Shown: in pieces, positions 47,790 to 57,808 of the stretch
Numbering within the stretch: position 1 is the first letter of the stretch
How the letters are laid out: each line of letters begins with the position of its first letter
Source of the DNA: a virus
Direction: 5' to 3' (one strand)
IMG/VR virus record: IMGVR_UViG_3300001533_002283
Coordinates: 108,182-172,181 of that record
DNA: 64,000 nt
Program-made: the position numbers and the translations under genes
The notes under the pieces: model-generated
Databases searched by the model: none
What the model saw: only the letters and a program-made list of their open reading frames with translations
What the model was told of the DNA's origin: nothing

Positions 47790-49787
47790 TTATTCCTTTA
47801 CAGAATTTTCTTCCATTTTAGAAACTTTGGAGTGTAAAAGAATCGCGGCGTTGTAACGATCTAATTCTAAATTGGTAGAAACTTCTGCCACCCTTTCAAC
47901 AAAGGCCGCATCCTCCGTCATTTTTTCATCCTGAATGAATGAAGCGAGGGCTGTTTCCCACGCATTTTTAACATTAGAAGATATAATGTTCTTAGCTATA
48001 CCGAACGCTACATCTTTTTGTGCATCATTAAGTTTCTTCACCCCGTATTTCTTCTTCAACAATCCTTCCGCTACCTGTTCTAACTTAGACGCTTCCGCAT
48101 AAACCCCTTGAATTTCCTTCAATGAATAAAGTTCGTCAATGGAGGCTTTGCCGCTGCCCGTCACCCCGACATTTTTAGTAGTTTGTGGGGCTTTCGTGCC
48201 ACCGGGCCGACCATTCTCTTGTTTCGCGCCGCCAAGTAAGGGATTGAACAATCCTTTATCCCTCAACTTTTTATACTCGCCCTGTTTCTCTTCCATTTCA
48301 TTAACATCTGGGTATAAACCAGACTCCAGAGTTTCAATAGCTTGTTCGCCCGTGATAATACCAATCTCGGCAAGGCGAGTAACAACCTTGGCGAATTGCA
48401 CCTCATCTTTTAAATCTACCTGTTCAAACTTGGGGGTGGGGCAATCGCGGAATCCCATATCGTCGCAAATCTTTTGCATTTCAGGAATAAGGAAATTGTT
48501 AAGAAAACATTCTTGGCCCTCGCTTAATCTCTCCAAAAATACTTTCGTCTTGATAAATTGATTAGCAAACTTTTCGCTACCGTGTAGGATATTCTGTAGT
48601 CCCTCTTTAATATCATTATCTACCACCTGATATTTCTCAGGCCCAAGAATATCTTCTAATTTAGGAATAACGAACTCCGCCTTGGTAGTATAGTCACTAA
48701 CAATAACTCGACCCGCCGCTTGTGAACGAAATAATTCTTGCATGGCGGCAATATTCTTATAGTTGATACCACCCTTGTCCTTTTCCGCGCCCATCGTTAC
48801 TAACAAAATGATATTTTCCACCGTGCGGCTTAACGCCATATCCATTTTCTTAAGACTCAGCTTCCATTCAATATCGGGTAGAACGGGATAACCCATCGGA
48901 ATAGCGAAGGGTTCATAACTTTGTTTCTTATAAAAAATTGAATAAACATCCTCAGACTTTAACGGCATATAGATATTCTGCCAGCCGGTTCCGCCCATGT
49001 CGATTTGTTTTAGAATGTATGCGGGTAAGGCCGCTCTTAACGCTTTCTCCTCGTCTGTTTTGGGCTTTCTAATTTTTTCAATTTCAAAGGTGGAAAGTAA
49101 CTTTACATAGGAAAAGTCATAAGAAACTACACCTTGCGCGGCAACAGTAACGGGATTAACAATGATATACTTTACTGGAATTTGATTCTTACTGATTCCC
49201 GCCGCTTGGAGTTTGATATAATCGGTGATGGAAAATTGACCGTTGACTTTATAGATGAATACATTGCCCGAGCGGTAATATTCCCGAAAGAACTCTTCTT
49301 TGAATTGATAAAGTCCCACTTTCTGAAACCACTTCTCGAAAAACCTGCGAGATGCGGCACTGCCCCCGCGAAGGTGAAGTTTTGAGTTGCTGAACTCTGT
49401 CATTACATCAATAGTGTTTTTAAACACGCTAACGTTGGCATAAGCGAGTTGGCATAGGTAGATTGCATCACTTACGGTAATATTCCCATTGTTATTGGCG
49501 TAAGGCAAGAATCCAGAGCGAAGATTGGCGAAATTCTGTTGGTTTGTTATGCCAGATTGGGGAGAAACTGTCCAGCCGCTACGGTTGGAGGTAGTTCCGC
49601 TATAGCAACTTGCCTCGCCAACATGGAATGGCACTCCGATGGTTTCAAAATTGATAGTTTGCGCGTTAGCTTGTTCAGTGGCAGAATTAAAACTTGTGAC
49701 AGTGCTTGTCCCCGCCCCCATACCCACATTTCCGCTCTCCTTGCGTTTTTCCCAATAGTCTGACTTTTTGTTATACGAGCGCGGCAT
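47790..49787 (-). CDS. Portal protein
   Basis: Follows terminase; EYYRSGNVF, K.Q.YEPFA.P, C-terminal GRPGG motif. Confidence 0.8.
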   Translation of the reverse strand: MPRSYNKKSDYWEKRKESGNVGMGAGTSTVTSFNSATEQANAQTINFETIGVPFHVGEASCYSGTTSNRSGWTVSPQSGITNQQNFANLRSGFLPYANNNGNITVSDAIYLCQLAYANVSVFKNTIDVMTEFSNSKLHLRGGSAASRRFFEKWFQKVGLYQFKEEFFREYYRSGNVFIYKVNGQFSITDYIKLQAAGISKNQIPVKYIIVNPVTVAAQGVVSYDFSYVKLLSTFEIEKIRKPKTDEEKALRAALPAYILKQIDMGGTGWQNIYMPLKSEDVYSIFYKKQSYEPFAIPMGYPVLPDIEWKLSLKKMDMALSRTVENIILLVTMGAEKDKGGINYKNIAAMQELFRSQAAGRVIVSDYTTKAEFVIPKLEDILGPEKYQVVDNDIKEGLQNILHGSEKFANQFIKTKVFLERLSEGQECFLNNFLIPEMQKICDDMGFRDCPTPKFEQVDLKDEVQFAKVVTRLAEIGIITGEQAIETLESGLYPDVNEMEEKQGEYKKLRDKGLFNPLLGGAKQENGRPGGTKAPQTTKNVGVTGSGKASIDELYSLKEIQGVYAEASKLEQVAEGLLKKKYGVKKLNDAQKDVAFGIAKNIISSNVKNAWETALASFIQDEKMTEDAAFVERVAEVSTNLELDRYNAAILLHSKVSKMEENSVKE
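47799..47824 (-). promoter_or_regulatory. Putative late promoter TTTC-N17-CTGTA in portal 3' end
   Basis: Upstream of tail fibre gene. Confidence 0.7.
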
Positions 49788-49796
49788 AGTTAGCAA

Positions 49797-49822
49797 TACA
49801 AGGAAAGTGGGCGAAAGTGAAA
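49797..49822 (-). promoter_or_regulatory. Putative late promoter TTTC-N17-TTGTA
   Basis: Upstream of portal. Confidence 0.65.
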
Positions 49823-49849
49823 TTAAAAGTGAGAATTTGTTACTTTCGG

Positions 49850-51733
49850 TTAGATTGCGAACGGTGTAAATGTATCGGGAACATCTTCTTCGATAATTTC
49901 TCGTGAAGCCAAATACATTTTGGTAGCCCAGTTGGCGAGCAACAGCGCGGAGTAACCGTCTTTTCGGATTCTATCCGGATTTTTACTTCTACGGAAATTC
50001 AACGGCAAATCCCAAGATTGCGAACCGAGTGCGCTAGACGACACTTCAATCATCGCACATTGTTGCTTCAACTTATCCATCAAAGTGTCTTGCCATTCAA
50101 TGAATTGATTAACCGACATATCTTTATAATATTCGTGCTGGCTTAACATTCCTATATCTGCGTCGAGAGCCCGCGCGCCCTCTGTTTCATTGGCGGTTAA
50201 CTTACCCGCGAAGAAAAGACGCTTAAAGTCCAAACACCCTTGCATATATTCGTTGGCGGATTTAGTGAAAGTCCCACCGAATGGTTGTTTATGGACGATT
50301 CTGCCCGACTCTTTATTATAAGATTGGCGAATTTCTTTCGGAGTCTCGCTTTGGTCATCGCGTTTAAAATCCGCTTGAATATCAACGATATTGACTTTGT
50401 TGTTTTTGAAAAGTTGAGAGTTGTTGGCGGAGGTGATAAACTCATTATCGCCCTGTGAAGAGTCGATAGAAATATAGATGATGTTAAAGTTTTTTAGTAA
50501 GAAATAAAGGTATAGAATGTGATCTTGGAAGTTACCACCCGCGACCATATAGTTGTGGACAACCATTGGGACTATCTCATCACCCTTTTTAATTAACTTT
50601 ACTACCACCATTGCAAAATAGTCGCTGTATTCGGCGCTGGAAAAGGAAGGGTCAATACCTAAAACGTATTCATCACCGGGAGTTCCGATAACTTCAATGC
50701 AAGGCGACTTACCATCTTCAATAGTGCATTCTTTCATTTTTTTAGCACTAAAGTAGGAATCGGAATCAGCGGTAAAGATAGCCCTATACTCTCGGTTGAA
50801 AACGGATTCGGAGGTTTGGCCGTTTTTGGCTTCCTCAATGGTTTTCATATTAACTAGACCATCGGGGGCGGCTTCGTAACTGAGGCGAGAAACAAAATAT
50901 CTTGCTCCGTCAAACTCAATGGTTTTCTTTTCTTCTGTTTCCGTAAAAGTCCCTAAGATTTTCCCCTTCCAATTGCAATACTCCCTATACATATCTTCGA
51001 ACTGATAACCAGCGGAAGAAAGGTTAATCACCTTAATATCGCTCTCCATTTTCGCCCGCTCACTCTCCAACATTCTACCCTCTTTAATCAAACGATCTTC
51101 CTCTCTTTTTATCCTAAGTTGTTCTTTGATATTGTTATTTGCTGAGAGGAACGGCTGGACTATAGACAGGAGGATTTCTGAGCTTAAGAAATTTCGCTCA
51201 TCCACAATTACGGTTTCCGCACGAATACCACGGAGTTTTTTACCGTCGCCAAGAGGAACGCAAAGAACACTGGCTCCATTTGGCAGCACCCATTTCCACT
51301 CATCGTTTTTGCGATTCATGTCTTTGGGGAAACAATTTTTTAGCAAGCCATTTTCGTCTTCTTTTACAAATGACTCAACCTGTTCTAGAATGCGGCGAGA
51401 AGCACGGAAAGCAAAGGAGATAATTACAATGCGACAACGGGGGTTAAATAAGGCCCAAAACAAACAAAACATTGCCGCCATATAGCTCTTACCATTGCCA
51501 CGACCCATCACCGTGAGAGAATAATGATTTCTCATCCAACCCTTCATGATGATTTCTTGCATGGGGAACATTTCCATTCCGCCAAGGATATTCAAGGTAA
51601 GTCCCGGATTTGCGAAAAGAAATTCCGCGAGGGTGGCCATTGCCTCTTCGTCGGATAACTCGCCCTCCAATTTTCTCATTTCCGCATTAACGTCCTTATG
51701 CGGGCGTCCTTTGGCTAATCCCGCTTCCCACAT
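49850..51733 (-). CDS. Terminase large subunit
   Basis: FPMQ, GRGNGKS Walker A, LRG.RA..IVDE Walker B, LSSA, LGIDP, RKD.YSA. Confidence 0.92.
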   Translation of the reverse strand: MWEAGLAKGRPHKDVNAEMRKLEGELSDEEAMATLAEFLFANPGLTLNILGGMEMFPMQEIIMKGWMRNHYSLTVMGRGNGKSYMAAMFCLFWALFNPRCRIVIISFAFRASRRILEQVESFVKEDENGLLKNCFPKDMNRKNDEWKWVLPNGASVLCVPLGDGKKLRGIRAETVIVDERNFLSSEILLSIVQPFLSANNNIKEQLRIKREEDRLIKEGRMLESERAKMESDIKVINLSSAGYQFEDMYREYCNWKGKILGTFTETEEKKTIEFDGARYFVSRLSYEAAPDGLVNMKTIEEAKNGQTSESVFNREYRAIFTADSDSYFSAKKMKECTIEDGKSPCIEVIGTPGDEYVLGIDPSFSSAEYSDYFAMVVVKLIKKGDEIVPMVVHNYMVAGGNFQDHILYLYFLLKNFNIIYISIDSSQGDNEFITSANNSQLFKNNKVNIVDIQADFKRDDQSETPKEIRQSYNKESGRIVHKQPFGGTFTKSANEYMQGCLDFKRLFFAGKLTANETEGARALDADIGMLSQHEYYKDMSVNQFIEWQDTLMDKLKQQCAMIEVSSSALGSQSWDLPLNFRRSKNPDRIRKDGYSALLLANWATKMYLASREIIEEDVPDTFTPFAI

Positions 51734-51737
51734 AATG

Positions 51738-52490
51738 TTAAATTAACCCCTTTCCAAACAATCTTTCCTTCGCAATATTAAAATATTTTTCTTCCTTTTC
51801 TATTCCTAAGAATCGCCGATTTAGATTGCGGGCTGCGAGACAGGTTGTGCCGGAACCTATGCAATTATCTAAAATTAAATCATTTTCGTTTGAATGAGTT
51901 TTAATTAAATACTCAAAAAGCGCGACAGGTTTCTGCGTTGGATGTAAACACCCCTCGTTTTCCGCTGTCACGAAATACTGAACACTTCTTGGGAATCTAT
52001 CTCCTTTGTTATCATTTCTGAAAGTAGGATTAGGAACGTCATTAACCAACTCTGTTTTAGACCCCTTTTTGGACCTACCCTCTCCTTTGTATGGTTTTCC
52101 CAGTGTTTTTTGAGGATTGTAGGTTGGGTTTCCGCCACCGTTACAAAAAACCAAAATGTCCTCGTGTGCCTTAAGTGGTTGTTTTTTTGCCAAAAGAAAA
52201 TTACTAGCTTTTGACTTTTCCCAAACCCAAGAGTATTTAAAATCTTTAGGGTTGCTCATTACAAGAGCCGAAGTAAAAGGTTGAGAGGCTGTCAAAACAA
52301 TAGCCGCGCCGTCTTTACATACGCGACGGTATTGAGCCCACAAACTATTAAACGGAATTACCGAATCCCATTTCGCGGCAGTCGTCCCATAAGGTAAATC
52401 GCACAAAATCATATCTACTGATTTATCAGGGATTTGTGTCATTAAATCTAGGCAATCGCCAAGATAGATGTTGTTGGACTGTAGATTCAT
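51738..52490 (-). CDS. DNA methyltransferase, beta class, orphan
   Basis: DLPYG, HPTQKP, DNCIGSGTT. Confidence 0.93.
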   Translation of the reverse strand: MNLQSNNIYLGDCLDLMTQIPDKSVDMILCDLPYGTTAAKWDSVIPFNSLWAQYRRVCKDGAAIVLTASQPFTSALVMSNPKDFKYSWVWEKSKASNFLLAKKQPLKAHEDILVFCNGGGNPTYNPQKTLGKPYKGEGRSKKGSKTELVNDVPNPTFRNDNKGDRFPRSVQYFVTAENEGCLHPTQKPVALFEYLIKTHSNENDLILDNCIGSGTTCLAARNLNRRFLGIEKEEKYFNIAKERLFGKGLI

Positions 52491-52494
52491 AATT

Positions 52495-53418
52495 TTAAAT
52501 TAATTCTTTCTCAATGGAGAATAAAAGGTCAGTAGTTTTTGCCTGTTCGCCTAATTGGTAAATCTTCAAGATAGTATCAGCGAGTTTTGTGCGCCCATCG
52601 CAAAAGATAAATTGCAGGTTATTAAACTCCAGCATTAAATCCCTCATGTTTTTTTGAATATGTTCCGGCGATACCTTTGTAAATTTTTTCATCCTCCAGT
52701 CCTTGTCAAAAGACTGGAATTTATTATAATCTACTTCTACCGCGACGATTAAATATGCGTCGTCTTTTCTCGCACGCTCTATCTCTCTGTAAAATCTTTC
52801 ATAACCACTTGAGATCGTTGAAATCAAATCGCTTAGGGACTTCCTCTCCACAAAAATATTGCTATTTCCCTCACTTAGGGTGTAATCCCCGTAATTTAAT
52901 TTCTTAACCTCACTTTTAATGAATTTCAATGGAGTTTGTTCGCGCGAATCGCACAACACCTTGAAGTTGGCAGGTGGCGGATTAAACACCAACGGGCGCA
53001 CGTAATCAAACTTGGGGATTAACCCGATGGATTCGCACATCTCGTTATAATCACAATGTTCTTGCAAAAACTTAATGGAGGGGCAAAACAATGTTCTTAA
53101 CTCAAAATGACTCGGGGCATAGGTAAGCCCCTTTTCTTTTTTTCGCGCGGCAAGGTAGTTTTTAGTCCACTCTACGGCATCTTTTGGGTTTGCCCGCGCC
53201 CATTTGTTGAGATTATTCTTGTTAAGAAAATCGGTCTTAAAGTAAGATTTGTAATCTTTAAAGAGAATAAGTTCTCCCGTAAGCCTGTCTTTACGTGGAT
53301 AATGGGTTTGATAATAGTCGGCTTGCTTAACTTTTATTCTTCGTAAATGAAGATGTAGGTCAGGAAGGGTAGGGTGACTTGACCCATCAATTTTACATAT
53401 AAGATTTGGTTCATTCAT
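52495..53418 (-). CDS. ERCC4-domain nuclease
   Basis: DSREQ, GDY, VERKS..D; N-terminal Zn-finger-like. Confidence 0.8.
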   Translation of the reverse strand: MNEPNLICKIDGSSHPTLPDLHLHLRRIKVKQADYYQTHYPRKDRLTGELILFKDYKSYFKTDFLNKNNLNKWARANPKDAVEWTKNYLAARKKEKGLTYAPSHFELRTLFCPSIKFLQEHCDYNEMCESIGLIPKFDYVRPLVFNPPPANFKVLCDSREQTPLKFIKSEVKKLNYGDYTLSEGNSNIFVERKSLSDLISTISSGYERFYREIERARKDDAYLIVAVEVDYNKFQSFDKDWRMKKFTKVSPEHIQKNMRDLMLEFNNLQFIFCDGRTKLADTILKIYQLGEQAKTTDLLFSIEKELI

Positions 53419-53422
53419 GGTG

Positions 53423-54565
53423 TTACCTACTAATGTTTTTTTCATCTAAACCATAAATTTCGGCTTTTAACTGATCCAATGTGGAAAGTCGCTCAACTTC
53501 TTGTTCCAACTCCTTACCCCTATCCATTGCTCGGTCTATCATCTTATCGCGGGTTTCCTTCTGTTTCCATAAATTCACCATGTTATATAAAGTAGCGTTA
53601 GTTGATTTTGCCTCAATTCTCTTGGAGCGGTCTTCAATCAACATGCTCATCAACTTCGCATACTTATCCTTCGCATCCTTTTGTCTCTGCCGAAACTTAT
53701 CTAAAGTCTCCGCCAAAGTAACCGACATTTTCTCATCACTAGACCCATTCAAAATTTCATTATACTTATCGTTAATCATTTGAATGTTGCGCTCAATTTG
53801 CGCAATCGACACAATTTCCACACACAACGAAATATAATTATGAATATCCTCTTTTAAACAATCCGGCTTATCATAAAGGAACTCGATAAAAGTGCTTTCA
53901 AACAAATCACGGTCCAAACTGTTTTTATACTGATTGATTTGGTATAAAAATCGGTAATTCGTCATATAGTCCAACAACGAGTTCAAATTTCTAATCTCGG
54001 CTTGTTTCAACTCTTTTATTTCCAAAAACGGTTTTGTTGAATCGCCGGTTTTCTTAAAATATTTGTTAACCCGTGGGATTAGTCTTGCCACGCTAGAAAC
54101 GGGAATGTATTCCTCTGCCAACTCATCCTCTGGTAACACTAAACTCGGACCAAGTTCCTTATAATATTTGATAACCGCGCGGGCCTCGCGACTTAATTGA
54201 CTTAACTTGATATTGTTAAAAAGCGTCCTCGTGCATTCCAAAGGCCGCATAGAATTTGCATTCTTGCGAACGAACTGCATTTGTTCCTTGGTAAGTTCAA
54301 GGTCTCCCGCCGCCTTGAATAAAGTAGTTTTTAACTTATCTTTTACCTCTTGTCGCCCATATTGGTGAATCAAATATTCCTTAATCGCCCTACCTTCAAA
54401 CGTCTGTCCCGTAACGCTCTCATCCTCAAACACTTTTCGCGCCAACTCGTCCAAATTCATCTTATCCCAATAAACCGAAATCATTTTCATCTGATTCTCG
54501 GATAGAGAGGCAAGAGCCTCCTTGGTGCTACCAAAACGTTTAGAACTTTCTTGTGGGGCATCCAT
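53423..54565 (-). CDS. Helical protein, possibly terminase small subunit
   Basis: Position upstream of large terminase; coiled-coil C-terminus. Confidence 0.4.
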   Translation of the reverse strand: MDAPQESSKRFGSTKEALASLSENQMKMISVYWDKMNLDELARKVFEDESVTGQTFEGRAIKEYLIHQYGRQEVKDKLKTTLFKAAGDLELTKEQMQFVRKNANSMRPLECTRTLFNNIKLSQLSREARAVIKYYKELGPSLVLPEDELAEEYIPVSSVARLIPRVNKYFKKTGDSTKPFLEIKELKQAEIRNLNSLLDYMTNYRFLYQINQYKNSLDRDLFESTFIEFLYDKPDCLKEDIHNYISLCVEIVSIAQIERNIQMINDKYNEILNGSSDEKMSVTLAETLDKFRQRQKDAKDKYAKLMSMLIEDRSKRIEAKSTNATLYNMVNLWKQKETRDKMIDRAMDRGKELEQEVERLSTLDQLKAEIYGLDEKNISR

Positions 54566-54568
54566 AAA

Positions 54569-55234
54569 TTAACAAATATCCTTGTTTCTAAGTAACTCTT
54601 TTGCCTTTCTCACAAATAAATCTTTATAGTTTTTTATTTGACGATAACCCGGCGCGCGGTTCACTTCGTTAGTTTTAAACTTCATAGCTTCAGCAACCTC
54701 CAAATCACTCTTGTTTTCAATAAACATTAGTTTAAACACTTTATACTCTAATGGATTTAACACTTGTTTCATTTCTTCGAAAAGTAATCCCTTGGAAGTT
54801 TCCACGTTAAAAAAATCTTGCTGAATATTATGAATTTCCCAAGTGTGATTCTCCACACTAAGGGGAATCTTTACGTCGAATGCGGCCTTTTTGCTCTTTT
54901 CCCACGCGGCGTAAAACGGGCATTCGGCGCACTTTTTTCGACTTTCCGTAAACTTACAATCATCCTCACCCTCATCCCCAACACACTTAAAACACGGCGG
55001 AGTATAATTGGTGTAACTCTCCTCCGTAACATTAATTAAATAGTTCGTGATTAAAGTATTAACCCACGGGCCGAACGGACGCTCCTGATCCCACTTATCC
55101 CATTTGTTGAAGACCCTCAATCTTATACCCTGTGCCAAATCATCAAAATCAATGTGGGGATACCTCCACTTACCCCGCCTCTTTTGAATTTCCTTATCTA
55201 TTTGTTCCGAGTAGTCTTGATACTTGTAAGGCAT
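54569..55234 (-). CDS. ECF-like sigma factor with Cys-rich insert
   Basis: FDDLAQ.I, KWD..RPF.PW...LI.N (region 2); CxxC/CxxC; L...E.KVF...FIE.KS..EVA..M (region 4). Confidence 0.8.
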   Translation of the reverse strand: MPYKYQDYSEQIDKEIQKRRGKWRYPHIDFDDLAQGIRLRVFNKWDKWDQERPFGPWVNTLITNYLINVTEESYTNYTPPCFKCVGDEGEDDCKFTESRKKCAECPFYAAWEKSKKAAFDVKIPLSVENHTWEIHNIQQDFFNVETSKGLLFEEMKQVLNPLEYKVFKLMFIENKSDLEVAEAMKFKTNEVNRAPGYRQIKNYKDLFVRKAKELLRNKDIC

Positions 55235-55277
55235 AGGGAGCGTTTGGTTTTAAAAGGGTGGTGGTTTCCCGCCTTTT

Positions 55278-55706
55278 TTACTCTCCCACCTCGGTTGAGG
55301 CTTCTGGACTTTGTTTGATAAACTTACGGCGTATTTCCAACTGGGCTTGTTTCGGGTCTGTCATATTACCCACGGGGCGGTCAGAATCGGCAACGAATGC
55401 CCCATTAGATTGAATGTCTCGCAATGTCACTTTCTTGCCTATATTCGCCACGCCAATTTTGAATTCACCAAGTTCCGCAATGTCGTTGTCGTCCGTTTCT
55501 TCATCGCGGGTTGAAAGTTGAAAAGTGAAGGCGGGGCGGGACTGGGGTTGCGCGGCGACTTTTTTAGCAGCCGGTTGAGTTTGTGCGATGGCAAAATTAA
55601 AACCACCGGAGAAAGGTTCTCCGCAGTGAGCGCAAAATTTAGGTTTAGCAGCCTCGTAGTGTGTTACCTTGGCGCAAGAGGTGTTAGAACAATAGATTTT
55701 ATTCAT
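55278..55706 (-). CDS. Zn-ribbon protein
   Basis: YC....C...KPKFCAHCG. Confidence 0.7.
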   Translation of the reverse strand: MNKIYCSNTSCAKVTHYEAAKPKFCAHCGEPFSGGFNFAIAQTQPAAKKVAAQPQSRPAFTFQLSTRDEETDDNDIAELGEFKIGVANIGKKVTLRDIQSNGAFVADSDRPVGNMTDPKQAQLEIRRKFIKQSPEASTEVGE

Positions 55707-55749
55707 CTTATGGTAATAATTGAAAATTGTCGAAAAAGTGGCAAGGGCG

Positions 55750-55816
55750 TTTCAAAATCGCATAAAAAATCTGTAACGTCCGAAAATCGTTACAGATTAA
55801 AAGTTTAAAAGAGAAA
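55750..55816. promoter_or_regulatory. Convergent pair of late-promoter motifs (+ 55750-55775; - 55791-55816)
   Basis: Both perfect TTTC-N17-CTGTA. Confidence 0.65.
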
Positions 55817-55821
55817 TTTAA

Positions 55822-56340
55822 TTAAAACTTAATTAAAAATATAGACTCTTTTTCGGTTTGTGTTAGATTTAACATTTTGCCAGTTTGAGGCTCAAAGAAT
55901 ATGAATCCATCCTTGGTTAATATCAGGTTAATAGCATGCCCAACAGTTCCATCCTTTTTGTAATAAAGCTCCGCAACCGCTAATGCCTCTCCTTCCCCAA
56001 ATTCTTTTCTTGATTCTACCAAATGCTTGATTTGTAAAAAACTTGCGAAAGACTGGGAGAACCGATTGCAATCAAATTGCCGGTCCCAACGAACAACACC
56101 TTTGTTAAACAAATCTTGGCGATATTCATCATAATATTTCCCCAATTTACTAATGTCAAATACGGAATAATTGGCGTCTCCAGTGATTGGATAGGCTCTT
56201 AAAGAGCCAAAAACCTGAAAACTCATATCTTGTTTTGTTAAAACTGGATTCTTTGGCGGCGGGCCAAGGGGCTCGTTAAGCGGGACGCACCCAACAAGAA
56301 ACAGTGACGTTAAAATTAAAACGATGTTAAATTTTTTCAT
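55822..56340 (-). CDS. Lipoprotein with papain/transglutaminase-like Cys-His-Glu domain
   Basis: Lipobox LVGC; FDC..F, GHAIN, FEPQ. Confidence 0.65.
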   Translation of the reverse strand: MKKFNIVLILTSLFLVGCVPLNEPLGPPPKNPVLTKQDMSFQVFGSLRAYPITGDANYSVFDISKLGKYYDEYRQDLFNKGVVRWDRQFDCNRFSQSFASFLQIKHLVESRKEFGEGEALAVAELYYKKDGTVGHAINLILTKDGFIFFEPQTGKMLNLTQTEKESIFLIKF

Positions 56341-57373
56341 AATGGCGCAAAACCTCTTTGATGTAGCCCGTCGCTTCTTTATCCTCAACTTTATCATCTT
56401 TAACATATTTCTTATTATATTCTTCTAGAATAGGTTTTAACGCCTTATACTTCTCTGGCTGAGTTTCCTTAAATTCCTGAATGGCATTAAAAGCGTTTGC
56501 GGAACTCTGAGAAATAATCCCTACTTTTCTAAATAGGAAGTAAAGGCCGAGAATGATAGCGATAGTAAAAATGATAGTAAAGTGCAACGGCTGCATGAAT
56601 ATGATTAATATTGCACCCGCGCCAGTAATCGCAGAGAAGGTAAAGGCTTGTTTTTTAAATAAAGGTAGGTAAAGGCCAATGAAAAGAGCGGCAACGCTCA
56701 ACACCCCCAAAACACTCATCGCTAACCTTTTGTTTTTCTCTATCGCCTCGTGCCGCGCTTTGGCAATTCCCTCCGCGTCTAGCAATTTATCTTGAAGCTG
56801 AGACAGTTCGCCTTGGGCCGAAATAATTTTATCATCATATTCTTTCTGAATCTTAATTTTTTCCGCCTCTAAGAGAATTACCTGTTCTTTGCTTAAAGCC
56901 GTCTCAGTAACCAAACCTTCTTTTTCTTTCACTACCTCACCGTGAACTCTTTGAAGTTCGGCCAAACTGGTTTGTTTCTCGTCCAGTTCTTTCACTAACC
57001 GCTCTTGTTCTGCTCTCATGGCCTCCAAGGTTGGACTAACACCTAACGCCGCCATAGCCTCATCAATGCGATTGAATGTTATCAGCGTCACTCGATTTTC
57101 CTCCTCGTATAATGGGCGAGTGAGTTTTGCGCCCCACAAGCTATTCGCCGCCGATTGAATCTGAGCCCCTTGATTATTAATAACTTGCGACAACCCCTGT
57201 TTTATCTCCGCCTCTTTTGCCGCGACAGCCTGCGTTCCCTCAATTTTAATCCGTTCAATCTCGGCCCGCGCAACCTCTACCTTTTGATACCCCGCACGAT
57301 TTGCAATGTGAGAACATCCCGTCAGGAGTAACGCCCCGAGTATAACAATTAATATTTTTTTACCTTTTTTCAT
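56327..57373 (-). CDS. Coiled-coil lipoprotein with C-terminal TM helices
   Basis: LTGC lipobox, long heptad region, three hydrophobic segments. Confidence 0.7.
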   Translation of the reverse strand: MKKGKKILIVILGALLLTGCSHIANRAGYQKVEVARAEIERIKIEGTQAVAAKEAEIKQGLSQVINNQGAQIQSAANSLWGAKLTRPLYEEENRVTLITFNRIDEAMAALGVSPTLEAMRAEQERLVKELDEKQTSLAELQRVHGEVVKEKEGLVTETALSKEQVILLEAEKIKIQKEYDDKIISAQGELSQLQDKLLDAEGIAKARHEAIEKNKRLAMSVLGVLSVAALFIGLYLPLFKKQAFTFSAITGAGAILIIFMQPLHFTIIFTIAIILGLYFLFRKVGIISQSSANAFNAIQEFKETQPEKYKALKPILEEYNKKYVKDDKVEDKEATGYIKEVLRHYEKI

Positions 57374-57803
57374 TGGTTTTATCCTTTTTTTTAAAATAGT
57401 GTTTTTTCCAGAACTCTTTGGCGTTTTTAAAACCCTCTTTGGTTAACTCTGGGGGAGAGAAGGGAATGCCGAACATTTTTAACATGACGTTGGCTCGTTT
57501 TACCGCGTCCATTTCCGCGTCAATGATTTGTTCAAAAATTTCTTCGTTAAATGGTTGCTTGGCTTTCATCTTGAAGAATTCTGGAAATTCGTTATATCTA
57601 GCTTGCTGCCAATGAGATCGTTCATGACACAAGTAATAGCAACCTTCTAAAGTTTCTTTATACTCAGAGGATATTGTAACAAGGTCTTTGACTGGGCAAT
57701 ATAAACCACCCGCCCCATTCAACTTTCTATGAATAATTTTAACGCCTTCCCCCCGAAAGGTTTTTAAAAGAAGAGTGTAATAGCCTTGGGGGGTAATAGG
57801 CAT
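57360..57803 (-). CDS. Zincin-like metallopeptidase
   Basis: HERSH..Q and downstream E.DA. Confidence 0.65.
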   Translation of the reverse strand: MPITPQGYYTLLLKTFRGEGVKIIHRKLNGAGGLYCPVKDLVTISSEYKETLEGCYYLCHERSHWQQARYNEFPEFFKMKAKQPFNEEIFEQIIDAEMDAVKRANVMLKMFGIPFSPPELTKEGFKNAKEFWKKHYFKKKDKTNEKR

Positions 57804-57808
57804 GGCGT

